Part shown: one piece after another, positions 21,696 to 36,334 of the stretch
How the letters are laid out: each line of letters starts with the position of its first letter
Position numbering within the stretch: position 1 is the first letter of the stretch
Assembly: GCF_001194135.2 (NCBI RefSeq)
Contig: NC_069000.1
Coordinates: forward strand, 35,779,405 to 35,843,404
Reading direction: 5' to 3'
Length of the DNA: 64,000 bases
DNA from: Octopus bimaculoides
Taxonomy: Eukaryota
Made by a program: the position numbers and the translations under genes
The notes under the pieces: model-generated
Databases searched by the model: none
What the model saw: only the letters and a program-made list of their open reading frames with translations
What the model was told of the DNA's origin: nothing

Positions 21696-22446
21696 GTCTC
21701 TACCGATTTGTGTATGGAAGTAAGTTGTGTTTTATAGAGATGTCTATAGTGTGACAGCAGTGAATGAATGAATGCATGAGGACATTAGATGTACTTTGTG
21801 TATATAGAAAGAGACTTGATAGAAGTGTTTCTAGAAAAGATGGGCGATGACGGCATTGAGTTTGGTCGATACAGCTAGTGCACGTGGAAGAAGAATAATT
21901 CTTGTGTGTGAGATGCCAGTGCAAACGTAATAGCACCAAACTACAAGCCAGGAGTCCTTAAAGAAACGGGAAAGGAACTCACTTAAACATGGCCATCGCA
22001 CATTAGGGAGCCTGTTTATTCGGCTAATCACAGACCGAATAGAGCTGTAAACTTACAGTGTCATTTGAGCCTACTTTGTGATTTAAATGTATGTTTTAAA
22101 CTAATGCTAGTACAGACATGCTACAATATCAACCCCAGTACTAGACTGGTACTTTTTTTATTGACTCTGGAAGGAGAAAAGGCAAAGTCGACCTTGGTGG
22201 AAATTGAACTCACAATGTAAAAACAGGTGAAATGCCGCTAAGCATTTTATCCAGCATGCTAACAATTCTACCAGCTCACCACTTTAATATAAATGAAATA
22301 ATACTGGAATATTGAATAAATATTCAATAAAATAGTGCTTGGAAATGTAGGTAGAAATTGATAGAAATGTGCCATGTTACTTGAGTGTGTGTGTCATATA
22401 TACTTACATACACACATACGTGTATACACACACACACATACACGTA

Positions 22447-22483
<37 letters not shown>

Positions 22484-22493
22484 NNNNNNNNNN

Positions 22494-22536
<43 letters not shown>

Positions 22537-24103
22537 GGAGAGGTAAACGTAGTTTGTTATTTCAGCTGTGTCACTTCCTTCGTAAGGTTGGCCAAGGGAA
22601 ATCAATACATGCACACTCATAATCAATGAAATCATGAGGAGTTATCTCCCATACATCGCTGATGGAGAACGTACCTGATCGAAGTTATTTTTCGCTACAT
22701 ATTTTCATTGTTGCAACATTGAAACTTAATAGTCAGGTATTCATGTTACAAATAAGTTATTCTTATCTATTTATTTATTTGTGAACGATAACTCGGTTAT
22801 TTAGCTTTTAAAGGATTTTCTAACACAAAACCGCCAGAATCTTGCCTTTCGTCTTTTTGTAAAGGTAAATTATGATGGTAACCCCTGGATATTACTGTTT
22901 CAAGACATAGGACTCATGTCACCCGTTTTCCATGGCGTATCCCGAGATAACAACACTGCCCTTGAACGGGACGCCAGTCCACCGCAGAGTTACTCATTTA
23001 CTGCCGAGTGAACTGGAGCAATGTGAAATGATAGGTTTTGTTATAGAATATAATGTACCACCCGATCCAGGAATCGAAACCACAATCTTTCTCGTCCTTC
23101 TGTAACTCAACGAAAGCCTCATAAAGAAATTTGATAGACGGAAGCTGAAAGAAGCCCATTGTGCGAGTGCGTGTGTGCGTGCATGTGTATGTATGCGTGT
23201 GTGTGTGTGTGTGTGTGTACGAGCGTGCGTTCCCCCATCCCACGCCACCACTTGACAATTGGTATTGGTTTGTTTACATTCCTGTGACTTAGAGGTTTGA
23301 CAAAAGAGACTGATATAATAAGTACCTTGCTTTAAAAAAATGATTACTGGAGTCGATTTGTTCAACTAAAACCCTTTAAGATAGTGCCCCCAGCATAGCT
23401 GCAGTCCAATGACTGAAACAAGTAAAAGGTAAGCCATATTTATGATAATCCATATTACAGATAATCATCTGATGATGATGTAGCAGAACTGTTTAACACA
23501 TTCATTTTATTGTAAAATTAAACATCTTGTCAATGTTACTGTTTAATCTTAAATACTGGAATACAGGCTCACCTGAGCTTTTCTTCTCATCAAGCCACAT
23601 GACTCCGTTCTTGGCCAAATTAGTTGCAGGTATTGGTTGATTTTAACTGTTCAATTGTGTGCTTGCAACAGTTTGTTCCCAACTCAGGTAAAACCATCTT
23701 TGCCCTTGGAGCCATGCCATGGTTATATAAACACCAGTTTCTCCCACTTTGTCATCTTTGGACCAGCTGCCATCGACCAGTCAGCAGCCTGTTTCACAGC
23801 CGTCTTCAACCAGTCGTCACCCATCCTCATCGTCTTCATTGTTGCAGCAACAGACAGCAGATTGCAGACTTCCTGTTATAATGTATACCCGTCACCAGTT
23901 CAGATATTCAGTTCAGTTTTATTTTGTTTAGAAGATGAGTATTACATGTCACTATATTTGTGGCAGCTGTGAAATGAGTGTTAACCCACAGATTTACAAT
24001 TTGATTTTGTTCAAGTTGTTTACCTTCTTCAGACTGGCCGGCACTGGTTCAATCCTTTCTCAACCCTTCTCATCAGTTTCTAGACCAAATGCTAGTGCAC
24101 ATA

Positions 24104-24687
24104 CACGGTGTTCAGGCTAAATTTGACAGTTTGCATAAAAGGAAAAGAAAACAATACTCCATGACAACCACATCTGACTCTTTCCAGAGGTACGGCAAGG
24201 AACTGAATCCTACTACTATGCATATGCCCTTCCAGCAGCAACCCTCATCCCCCAGGGTTTGACCAGTCTCTCCCAGATTCACATACCCATCTGAATTGAG
24301 CCTAAGGCCCTGTTCATCAGTTATTTGTTGCATGAACCCCTGACGTACAGGCACAGTCAGAATGCCTGCTGTATCCTTTCCTGCAGGCTACGACTTCATA
24401 GTTTTCTTTACAAGTGTCCATGTCACATCTTACAGCCTTTACAGTGTCCACAGAGCATCGAGTAGCAGTCATGATGTCAGCATTTTGACACACAGCATGA
24501 ATCATCATGATAGAGATAACTCTTTTCCAATATTCAGATGGCTTCCAGTCCTCCATGTCATCTAACATTTTCTAAACCACAACTTTAATCTTTATGCTTT
24601 CCAACATCATTGACTCTTCATCGATACATCAAGCTACTCCTGAAGAAAGGAGGCAAAAAAATTGTCAAATTTAGCCCAAACACCCTG
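24104..24687 (-). mobile_element. Internally deleted Tc1/mariner element, probably maT/DD37D family
   Basis: TA-flanked ~27-bp TIRs (CACGGTGTTCAGGCTAAATTTGACA / TGTCAAATTTAGCCCAAACACCCTG); minus-strand peptides MEDWKPSEYWKR..., QGLRLNSDGYV and DSVPCRTSGKSQMWLS. Confidence 0.8.
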
Positions 24688-25252
24688 TAATTTGTTAACA
24701 GCAGCTATTGCTTCCATGACAACAGCAATAAGCAGATGCATTGTTATCTGTTTTTCAGATCAACGAACTAATGCATCGTCTCATTCATCAATTCACACAA
24801 ACTGGTATCAACAGCTGAGCCAACATCATCTCTTTTCTTACCAATCATTGACCAGAAGCAACACTTTACAAATGAGTGTTCATTGTTAAGAAGAGCTTTC
24901 AAAATGGAACTAGCATTGTTGAGTGCAGTTATTGAGCACAGTAGTTGCTAAGGAAACTAGGGGTAGATGAATGGTATGCGAGGTCTATACAAGCCATGTA
25001 CAGAGATACAGTCAGCATGGTGAGAGCTAGCAATAAGTGCAATGACAAATTTCAAGTGCAGTTGGGAATCCACAAGTTTTCAGTCATCAGAAGAGAGGAG
25101 GCCTAGGAAAGACATGAGATGAAGTAGTGGAGACCAAGCTCAGAATACTGAACTTTACAAAGGAGATGACAAAGGACTGCAGTGATTGTTGATACAAGAT
25201 ACTGGTAAATACCTATCCACACATGTAAGAATGGCAAGACTATCAGTTAAAT

Positions 25253-25609
25253 CGATGGTTCTCAACCAGGACCCATATACGATTTTGTGGGGCTCACACA
25301 ACAAAATAGTAAATTGGGGATCCATGATAGTATTTAAAAGGCCCCTGTAAAAATTTTGCTACTGATGTATGCAAGAAACAGTGAAGTTTCTTTCTCTAGT
25401 TTAGTTAGTTTGGCCATCCTCACAGATGCTTTTTTCTCAAAAATTTTGCATAGTTCAACCTACACAAGTTAATGCACGAGAAACAAAATAGGAATTTCGA
25501 AAGAAATTTCTATAAAACTAGTTTTTAAACATCGAATAGCTGTGGGGGTCCACCAGCGTAAAATAGTGATCAAAGGGGTCTTTAGATAAAAAAGGCTTGA
25601 AAACCCCTG
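25253..25609. mobile_element. hAT (Charlie-like) MITE
   Basis: CGATGGTTCTCAACC...GGCTTGAAAACCCCTG; perfect TSD AGTTAAAT. Confidence 0.8.
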
Positions 25610-25964
25610 AGTTAAATGGTGATAGGGATGGAAGCAGGGAGGTACATATATCTTCATTTAAGTTTCTTTCCTGATACGTTCCTATTAAACCTCCATCAGC
25701 TACTTCCTCCTACCTCTTTGTTAACCTTTAGTTTCTATCATTCACCTATCTATTATTCATCTCTCTATCATCCTGCTTGTTTTATTATTCATATCTATCT
25801 TTTATCTTTTAGTTGTTTCAGTCATTAGACTGCAGCCATTCGGTTTGCTTGTTTTTTAAACCTAGTACTTATTCTATTGATCTCTTGGGAATTCACAAGT
25901 AATTACAGGATCATGTGGAAGGGCCATAGCTTTCTTTAAGCAAGTATAGTAAAATGCCTGTGAA

Positions 25965-26265
25965 ATGATGATGATGACAATGATGATGACAATGATGATG
26001 ATGATGACGATGATGATGACAATGATGATGATGATGATGACAATGATGATGATGATGATGATGACAATGATGACGATGATAATAGTGATGATGATGATGA
26101 CAATGATGATGATGACAATGATGATGATGATGATGACAATGATGATGATGATGATGATGATGACAATGATGACGATGATAACAGTGATGATGATGACAAT
26201 GATGATGATAACGATGACGATGATGATGACGACGATGACAATGATGACAATGACGATGATGACAC
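25965..26265. repeat. Compound (ATG)n/(ACA/ACG) microsatellite
   Basis: Seen directly; source of the polyM, polyH and polyS ORFs. Confidence 0.95.
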
Positions 26266-26779
26266 AAACATCGTATTTGCATATATGACATATCCGTCAT
26301 TAGACTTATCTGTCACTGTATGAACACAATCTGAATCTCTCTACTTGACATTTTTCAAGTTATGCTATTCATGGAATGAATAATAGTCTTTAGGTATGTG
26401 GCTTAGTGGTTAAGCTATTCGGCACACAATAGTAAGGTAATGAATTCAACTCCCAACTGCACATAGTGTCCTTGAGCAAGACACTTTACTTCACATTGCT
26501 CCAGTCCACTCAGCTGGCAAAAATGAGTAATACCTGTATTTCAAAGGGCCGGCCATATCGCATTCAGTGTGTCACACTGAATCTCCCTGACAACTACATT
26601 AAGGATACATGTGTCTGTAGAGCGCTCAGTCACTTGTATGTTAATTTTACAAGCAGGCTGTTCCATTGATTGTATCAACTTGAACGCTTGTCATCTTAAC
26701 CAACAGAGTGCCCAGCCATTAGTCTATACCCAACCAGAAACAACAACTACTTCATAAACATGGAACACATCCCTAACTT

Positions 26780-27137
26780 TCTCTTTTACTTGTTTCAGTT
26801 ATTTGACTGTGGCCATGCTGGAGCACCGCTTTTAGTCAAGCAAATCGACCCCAGGACTTATTCTTTGGAAGCCTAGTACTTATTCTATTGGTCTCTTTTG
26901 CCGAACCGCTAAGTTATGGTGACATAAACACACTACCATCGGTTGTCAAGCGATGTTGGGGGGACAATCGCAGACACACAAACACACNNNNNNNNNNNNN
27001 NNNNNNNNNNNNNNNNNNNNNNNNNNNNNNNNNNNNNNNNNNNNNNNNNNNNNNNNNNNNNNNNNNNNNNNNNNNNNNNNNNNNNNNNNNNNNNNNNNNN
27101 NNNNNNNNNNNNNNNNNNNNNNNNNNNNNNNNNNNNN

Positions 27138-27178
<41 letters not shown>

Positions 27179-27350
27179 CATATATACGAAGGGATTCTTT
27201 CAGTTTCCATCTACCAAATCCACTCACAAGGCTTTGGTCGGCCCGAGGCTATAGTAGAAGACACTTGCCCAAGGTGCCACGCAGTGGGAATGAACCCAGA
27301 ACCATGTGGTTGGTAAACAAACTACTTAGCACACAGCCACCCCTGCGCCT
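26780..27350 (-). mobile_element. SINE family A copy
   Basis: Collinear with the reference copy; N run in the microsatellite. Confidence 0.85.
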
Positions 27351-29481
27351 TTAATGTGATTCCTGATATTGATTTCAAATTTTAGCTCAGGTCAGCAATT
27401 TCAGGGAAGGGGCAATTTAATTACATCAGCCCCAGTACTTAACTGATACTTATTTTATCGACCCCAAAAACATGAACGGCAAAGTCACCTTCAGTGGCAT
27501 TTGAACGAGACAGATGAAATGCTGCTAAGCATTTTGCCTGGTGTGCTAATGATTCTGCCAGCGCACAATCTTAATCTGATTCCTGATATTAAAGTCGCAT
27601 TTATCTGTATAAACATATCTTGAAAACCAGCTCCCTCATTACAACAGACAGGTCAGTCCAGATATGGAGCATGCACTGTAGCAGCAAATCACTGCATCTG
27701 CTATTTGTCAGTATTTGTACAGTTTGACCCAGGCAACCCTGTGAACAGTCTCCCTGTTAGTCCCTGTCTCTGTGACACATATCCTTATCTGCCATGACAT
27801 TTGGTATGTGGCTAACCAATATGAGCCATCGCCCCAACAAGATCCTCAGAGAAGAGAACATGATATACATGATCCAACTTTGAAAATTAAGAAACATGAC
27901 CAAACAGTCTCAGCTGACACTCCTGAAACATATAAGTAACAGGATGCCTCCCATTTCCTAAGTATAGCCATTGGTTGGATATGAGATCCCACCAATTGTA
28001 GTCCATAATCCTGCAAAGCATCCTGGAACCAGAGGAATTCTTCATTGAGGAACAGACGAGGTTTCACATTTTTCTAAAGCAGTTAAATTGTACAGCCATT
28101 CATTGTCATCATCATCTCCATCTCCATTTAATATCTGCTTTCCATGCTGGCATGTATTGGTAAGTTTGATGAAAACTGACTAACCAGAGAGCTGCAACAA
28201 GCTTTATTGTCTGGTTTGGCAAGGTTTCTATGGTTGGATGCCTTTTCTAATGCCAACCACTTGACAGAGAGCACTGGGTGATTTTTACATTGCACTTTCC
28301 CCTGTGAAGTCACCAAGTAACTTGTAAGACAAGATTCCTCAACTAAGGTTTGAGAGAAGTATTGAGGGAAGAGGTTTTGTGCCAAGGTATAATAAAGTGA
28401 CAGATACAGGTAATTTTAAACTAAAGGGCATAACTTTGCAACCGCTAATAGTAGGACCTGTTATAACAGATCATTAGAAGAATACAGACAGAATGAAACA
28501 CTGTAGAGGCATGGATTCCTAAAGGGTAGACTAACATACGTAGAAGAAATAATTCTAATCTTTGGGCTGGTAATCTTAAGATAGATAAAAAAGAAATAGG
28601 AAGAGGAATATTACTTGGTATAATCCCCCTTTCTCTAATCAGGAAAAAATGCTTTCTACAAGGTTCTTGGGAATTTTCTGCCACAACATGGATATGATCA
28701 ATTATTTTAATAATTATTTCAAACTTTATTCATTAAGTTATTTATTAAAATATGGTTGAAATCAAGCAGCTCAAATAGAGTTAAATTAAATAGACAGGAA
28801 AATTGCATACTTTACACACACATACACACACACACACATGCACACACACACTCACACAGACACACACACACTCACTCACACACACACACACACATGCATG
28901 CACACAAATACAGAATATGTCTAAATATGCATCACATAAAAAGCACCAATGATTGTGCTACATAAAGAGCACCCAGTACACTCTGTAAAGTGGTTGGTAT
29001 TAGGAAAGGCATCTAGTTGTAGAAACCATGCCAGAACAGACGATGGGGCCTGGTGTGGCCCTCTAGTCTTACTAGCTCCTGTCAAACTGTCCAGCCCATG
29101 CCAGTATGGAAAACAGATGTTAAATGATAATGATCATGTATGTATGTATGTATGTATGTATGTATGTATGTATCAGTGTGCTGATGTATATATTCAGATT
29201 TTGTGTAAATATGTCTGGTCATATGGAAATATTACTTTGCTTGGAAACAAGTGAGGGCTGGCAACAGGAAGGGCTTCCGGCCATAGAAAATCTGCCTCAA
29301 TAAAACCTGTGCAGCCCATGCAAGCAGGGATAAGTTGACATTAAAATGGTAACAACAACGATTAACACACACCCACACATGGACACATACACACACACAC
29401 ATGCATGCATGCATATATATACACACACTCGAGCACACGTGCACATGCATGCACATGCACACACATACATACATACATACA

Positions 29482-29517
<36 letters not shown>

Positions 29518-29709
29518 GGATCTTTGTGATTTGACGGCCAACACTTGTTTTCTTAACGAAACACTTTCAAACTTGGGACACCGGTAGAATGTGTCATACA
29601 AAACAACTTTTTCTCTTAGCCTTCTTAACAAAAAATTGTACAGTTTGAAAGTGTTTCGGTACCAAAAACACTACATAAAAAGATGTTGCCCGTCAAATCA
29701 CAAAGGTCC
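29518..29709. mobile_element. MITE related to the 54585 element
   Basis: TIR GGATCTTTGTGATTTGACGG / CCGTCAAATCACAAAGGTCC; flanked by TATATATA on both sides; interior 29560-29635 is similar to the reverse complement of about 55045-55125. Confidence 0.75.
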
Positions 29710-32111
29710 TATATATATTGATAGATAGATTGATAGATGGACAGCCAGACCAACAGATATATGTGTTTGTATGGATATTAATCATATGTGTACATATATG
29801 AATACATGTTTTCTCTATGAATACGTATATACATAAACACGCACACGCACACACATACCCATGTGTGAACTATTAATAACTGGCCTTTGACATTCCCCAT
29901 TAAGTCCTTAAAGGAAAACATTCACTAATATATCTGTGTATGATGGATGTCCTTGACATCATTCACAGCCTGGCTGACACCTCTTAAGTAAACACATCAT
30001 TCACACTTAAGAACATTGTATGTACCACGGAGAATCTTCACTATCCCTCACTGTGTCATCCCATCTCGCTCAGCATTTCTCTCCCCACCTCCATACTCAT
30101 CACCCAATGAATGGTGGTGGTGGTGGTGGTGGTGGCTATTTGTCATACATGTAAGTAATTACGATGGTAAATGCTAAAGAGAGATGTGCTTATAATAATT
30201 GTCTTTTTGCTAGTACTTTGTTATGGAGAGCACCAGGGAAGGTGGTATGATGATCATATAATTGACATTTTTATTTTCAGCCCCAGGTTATTCATGCACT
30301 AACATGTTAAATGTTATCTAGCCTTGATTATTTCATCTTTTTTCTCAGACACAGTATGTATCCAAGACCCCATTATCTAACACATCTCTCATCTTTTAAG
30401 ATAGTTGCGATGTGATTTGGAAGAGATTTCGTTGCTATTTCTAGCAGAGTGAGTAGCTGCATATAACTTTCCCACTGACTTGGTTAATGTGGTTAAGTCT
30501 GTAGGGAAGGTAATCAGAATGTCTACAGCTTGTATCCGGTCACCTGGCACAGGATTCTGTGTCTATGACTTACCTTCTTATCCAATATGTATAATCTTCA
30601 AATGGCACAGTTCACCTAATTATAAACTGGTACCAGAAAGTACTAACTCTACCCTGGTAGGTATATCCTACCATGTCAGTCCTAAGTCTAGAAAAAAAAA
30701 ATGGAAGGTTGGGTGCTGGACCAGCAATCCAATCTCGTTAAATAGGAACAGTAAAAGAAGACCAATTGCAGAACCTGCAGGTGGAAGCATTCTGAGAACA
30801 TACTAGGCAAGACCACATAACCAATGAAGATATTCTAGATAGAACCAACACAAGACCATTTAGCAAAAAGCAAAAAGATTAAAACAAGCAGTTCATATAC
30901 TCTGGCTACCAGAACAAAGTGATTTTAGAACATATATATATATAGATATATATATATTCAAATTTTGAACAAAATGGCTAAAGTTTCTACTACCATAACA
31001 AATGCTTCTGCGTGTTACCAAGAAATTTATAGAGAGCTAAAAAAAAACTTCTTCTAAGCAAACAATTCTAGACTTGTTTTTTTAAGAAGAATTCTACAAG
31101 TTCATCCTTAAGTGCTTGTGAATCAGCGACTGTGTCTACAAGTGATGGTGTGCATGAGTCTAGTGTGAGTGAAAGTGATTCAGAAAATGATTATCATAAT
31201 AATATTTTTTATTATAAATGATCTGGATATTTACATAGCTGCTTTTGAAATGCAACAACATATATAAACAAACTCTTTTTGTTTTGGGAAGTGTCGAATG
31301 TGTATCATATCATACAAACAAGAAAGTAATATTTTGAATACNNNNNNNNNNNNNNNNNNNNNNNNNNNNNNNNNNNNNNNNNNNNNNNNNNNNNNNNNNN
31401 NNNNNNNNNNNNNNNNNNNNNNNNNNNNNNNNNNNNNNNNNNNNNNNNNNNNNNNNNNNNNNNNNNNNNNNNNNNNNNNNNNNNNNNNNNNNNNNNNNNN
31501 NNNNNNNNNNNNNNNNNNNNNNNNNNNNNNNNNNNNNNNNNNNNNNNNNNNNNNNNNNNNNNNNNNNNNNNNNNNNNNNNNNNNNNNNNNNNNNNNNNNN
31601 NNNNNNNNNNNNNNNNNNNNNNNNNGTCAAGCAATGACGCCGGGGTGTGAGAAAAAAACATAGACACACACACACACATAAATATATATATACGATGGGC
31701 TTCTTTCAGTTTCTGTCTACCAAATCCACTCACAAGGCTTTGTTTGGCCCAAGGCAATAGTAGAAGACACTTGCTCAAGATGCCACACAGTGGGACTGAA
31801 CCCAGAACCATTTAGTTAGAAAGCAAGCTTCTTACCACACAGCCACACCTGCACCAGGTTTATTAAATTCTGAGTTCAAATCCCATTGCTGTGAAAACAG
31901 CAGAAAAATAAAATAAAATGGTAAAATACCCAATCTTTCTGCTGTTTTCATGGGTATATTACATTCGAAATATTACATTCTTATCTCTATGATACGATAC
32001 ACATTTGATGCTTCCAAAAACACAAAAAAAGTTTTTGTTTTTATATGTTGTTACACATAAATTTCTGTATTGCAAACTATTTCCCTCTACGTAAATTCAA
32101 GCACACATACA

Positions 32112-32145
<34 letters not shown>

Positions 32146-32689
32146 TATTCAAATAAATTTAGGTTTGAGATGCTTTTGTACAGCCACTTTGGTGCAGCTT
32201 ATTTGGCTCTGATGATTCAATGCCGATTTGCTTGACATCAGACTTTTTAATGTTTCTCTTGTTCTCTTCACCATCTCTCTTTCTCTCTCTCTCTCTCTCT
32301 CCCCCTCTCTCTTTCTTTCTTCGAGTTTATGTGTGTGAGCATATTTCTCTTCATATGTATGAGGAGAGGAGAAAGTTTTTATATCAGTCATGTTCAATTA
32401 ATAAATTGCTATCTCTCTCTCTCCCTCCTTCTCTCTTTCTATCTGCACGTGCATATTTTTCCATATATATGTGTGTGTGAATTTACAAAGAGGGAAATAG
32501 TATTCAATACATAGTTATATGTTTATATTTCAGGTTTAGGCTTATTTTCTTTCATCATTTTACAGTTGTCACAATCAGTTATACGATTTTCTTTTATGTG
32601 TGTGCATATATTTGCCTCCAGCACCAAAAAGTGCTGTCACCAAAACAGGTTAAATATCCAACCAGCCATGCCAAATCATCAGCGTCCAA

Positions 32690-33105
32690 ACAGCTGTGCC
32701 CAGTTGTCTCGTCTGGCTTCCGTGCTAGTGGCCCGTAATTAGCACCATTAGAGCGTAATCGTTACCAGCATTGCCTTCTAGCACTTGTGCTGGTGGCACG
32801 TTAGAAAATCATTCGAGCGAGGTCGTTGCCAGTGCCGCTGGACTGGCTCCCGTGCAGGTGGCACATAAAAAAACACCTTTTTGAGCGTGGCCGTTGCCAG
32901 TACCGTGTGACTGGCCCTCGTGCCGGTGGCACGTAAAAGCACCCAATACACTCTCGGAGTGGTTGGCATTAAGAAGGGCATCCAGCTGTAGAAACTCTGC
33001 CAGATCAGATTGGAGCCTGGTGCAGCCTTCTGGCTTGCCAGTCCTCAGTCAAATCGTCCAACCCATGCTAGCATGGAAAGCGGACGTTAAACGATGATGA
33101 TGATG
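32690..33105 (+). mobile_element. SINE family C (RTE-type bipartite, (GAT)n tail) with 5' array of ~65-bp units
   Basis: GGTTGGC.TTA.GAAGGGCATCCAGC block (RTE 5'/Ceph-domain-like, from memory) and 3' CCAACCCATGCTAGCATGGAAAGCGGACGTTAAACGATGATGAT. Confidence 0.8.
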
Positions 33106-34226
33106 ACAGCAACATAAATTATGTAATAACATAATGACAATCTGTGCAGCAGAGCAAAGGTGGGATGGCCAGTTAGGCAAGTGTATTAAAATAGTTGCTA
33201 AAAGAGTTCGGAACTCAAAAATCACAAAAAGCATTTCATTTTATTTTGGGGTAAAATGCTTTGTTCTCATAGCTGGCCGCCTACACTTTTTGCTGCAAAA
33301 TAGGGGTAGCTTATCCTGTTCAGGCTATATTATTAGCATTATCCTGCGATTGAGAATTTAAAATCACTTCTTTAACTTTCTAAGACATCTCAACGCTTCT
33401 AAAAGCAAACTTCGTTTGTTTGTTTACGTTCATCGTAATTTGAATTTAGCTTTGATCTACATTACATCAGTTGGTCAGCCTGAACGAACAGGTACCACAT
33501 TTTTTAGAAATGTTATCTGTGATAGACTAGTGTGCCTGACACACACACACACACAGAAAGGGAGAGAGAGAGAGAGAGAGAATGTTTCAAGTAGTTTCAT
33601 CATCAGAGATAACAATACAAACACGTGTGTCACCATAATTTCACATTTTGTAAAAATTTTGATATTACTCTTCACATGTCTGGTCTTTTTTGTTTTTTGT
33701 TTTTTATTATCAGGTGAGTGGAAGTGTATAACATTTTTGTCTTTTGTAAATACATTAACCAAACACATGATGACAATGGGAGTGATATACAGTTGATAAC
33801 ATGTGTAAGGTCAATATTAGATCAGATAAATACACAGACAAAGTACAGTTTACCTACCTGTTGAGAATAAATATCAGATGATCTGCTACCTGAAGTTGCA
33901 AATTGAGACTGTTGAGAATTGTGTTCTGCCCAGCAACAACAATGATAACAATAATAACAATAATAATAATAATAATAATAATTTTTTTTTTTTTATAAAT
34001 AATAAAAAAATATATATAATTAAAATTTTTTTTAATAATAATAATAATAATAAAAATAAGGGCTGCAATAAGGGTGAAGTACTTTGCAGAAAACAGCACT
34101 GTTCGGAACAGCTCAAATACTCCGCAAGGTGCTCAGAAAATAAGGGATATTATCTTAGTTAACTGGTAGTGAACAGCTGACACCGTAGTACATCTCCAGC
34201 ATTAGAAGCTGTGCAAAGGCAATAAC

Positions 34227-34271
<45 letters not shown>

Positions 34272-34850
34272 CCTTTCTACTAAAGGTACAAGGCCTGAAA
34301 TTTATGGGGAGAGGACTAGTTGATTATATCGACACCCAATGTTTCACTGGTACTTAATTTATTGACCCCAAAAGGATGAAAGGTGAAGTTGACATTGGCA
34401 GAATTTGAACTCAGAACATTAAAGATGGATGAAATGCCACTAAGCATTTTGCCCAATGTGCTAACAATCCCACCGACTCGTCACCTTAATAATAACGATA
34501 ATAATAATAATCTTTTCTATTATAGACACAAGACCCGAAAGTATGTGAGAAGGACCAGTGCTTCAATGGTACTTAATTTATCGACCTCGAAATGATGAAA
34601 GGCTGAGTTGACCTCTGCAGAATTTTGAACTCAAAACATAAAGACACATGAAGTGCAGCTCACCACCTTACAATAATGATTATAATAATTATCATTTCTG
34701 TTATAAGCACAAGACCTGGAATTTGGGGCAGAGGGGACTAATCAATTACATCGACCCCAGTGCATAACTGGTACTTATTTTCTACCATAGCTTTAGCTCG
34801 ACCAATGCCTTATGAGTGAATTTAGTGGATGTAATTGTTAAAGCCCATTG

Positions 34851-34893
<43 letters not shown>

Positions 34894-34896
34894 TAT

Positions 34897-35330
34897 AGGC
34901 AAAGGTGTGGCTGTGTGGTAAGAAGCTTGCTTTCCAACCACATTGTTCTAGGTTCAGTCCCACTGTGTGGCACCTTGGGCAAGTGATTTCTACTATAGCC
35001 TTGGGCCGACTAAAGTCTTGTGAGTGGATTTGGTAGGCAGAAACTGAAAGAAGCCTGTCGTATATATGTGTGTGTGTGTATACATATATATATCTGTGTG
35101 TGTGTATACATATATATATCTGTATGCGTGTGTTTTTGTGTCTATGTTTGTCCCCCCCCCCATCACCATTTGACAACTGGCATTGGTGTATCTACATCCC
35201 CCATTACTTAGTGGTTCGACAAAAGACACTGACAGAATAAGTACTAGGCTTTGAAAAAAAAACCCTTCAAGACAGTGCTCCAGCATGGGTGTACAGTCAA
35301 ATCACTGAAGGAAATAAAAGAATAAAAGAG
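34897..35330 (+). mobile_element. SINE family A copy
   Basis: Head, microsatellite and tail collinear with the reference copy. Confidence 0.8.
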
Positions 35331-36334
35331 TCTCTTTCCCCCACTTTTATTCACTCTGTCCAATTTCATTCTTTAAACTTTTCCCATCATTCACTTTTTT
35401 AGCTTTCATAATCTCACCCCAAACCTCGCCCCACCCCTNNNNNNNNNNNNNNNNNNNNNNNNNNNNNNNNNNNNNNNNNNNNNNNNNNNNNNNNNNNNNN
35501 NNNNNNNNNNNNNNNNNNNNNNNNNNNNNNNNNNNNNNNNNNNNNNNNNNNNNNNNNNNNNNNNNNNNNNNNNNNNNNNNNNNNNNNNNNNNNNNNNNTT
35601 CTTTCTCTCTAGTCCCCTCCCTTTCTTTATCTCTCTTTCTCCCTCTATTTCATCATCTACATATAATTATTCGTTTATATGTAGACAGAAGATGACCAAC
35701 TTACTATTAAAATAGACTTAATTGTGTATCGACGATTTTGCGATTACTAGAATGAATCTAGACTTCGTTCATCAGCACAATATTGTCCCAAAAATATATA
35801 TATAAATAAACAGAATTCTCACCTCTGTTGGTTGTTTTTTCCTCGCATAGGTACTAAATGTGGTTATTTTGAGAAGTCCACTGTGTGGCGTTATTATTTT
35901 TCTATAACAATGCTCTCTATATAAATATAAACGAATAATTATATTCTTGGGAATAGAAATTTCCCTAATGAATTTTTTTACACACTGGCTTCTTGATAAA
36001 ATTCTTGTAAAAGAGTTTTATCCTTTTTTGAATTTATTCATCATCTACATATATATCTTTAATTCTTCAGCTTCCATGCAATGCCTTTCTTGCTCTCTGT
36101 ATCTCCTGTGACATATTTTTCCGTCTATAGTGACACAAAAAAACAACAAATCGCCCACAAACTTTTATCATTATGAGTTTCTCTGCTTCAATTTAGTTTC
36201 CATTTCTTGCTGACAAATCTCCCATGTACTTCGATAATTATAAGTTTTTCCGTTTCAATCTTGTTTCCATTTCTTGCTGAGTGTCTTCCTGATATCTAGG
36301 GCAATTATTATTATTATTATTATTATTTTTATTG

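Noticed and set aside
25911-26316. PolyHis, polySer and polyMet ORFs
   Set aside because: Translations of an (ATG)n microsatellite; no splice or domain support.
27620-28080. Possible decayed RTE reverse-transcriptase C-terminus
   Set aside because: Only vague resemblance by eye with many stops; not supportable without a profile search.
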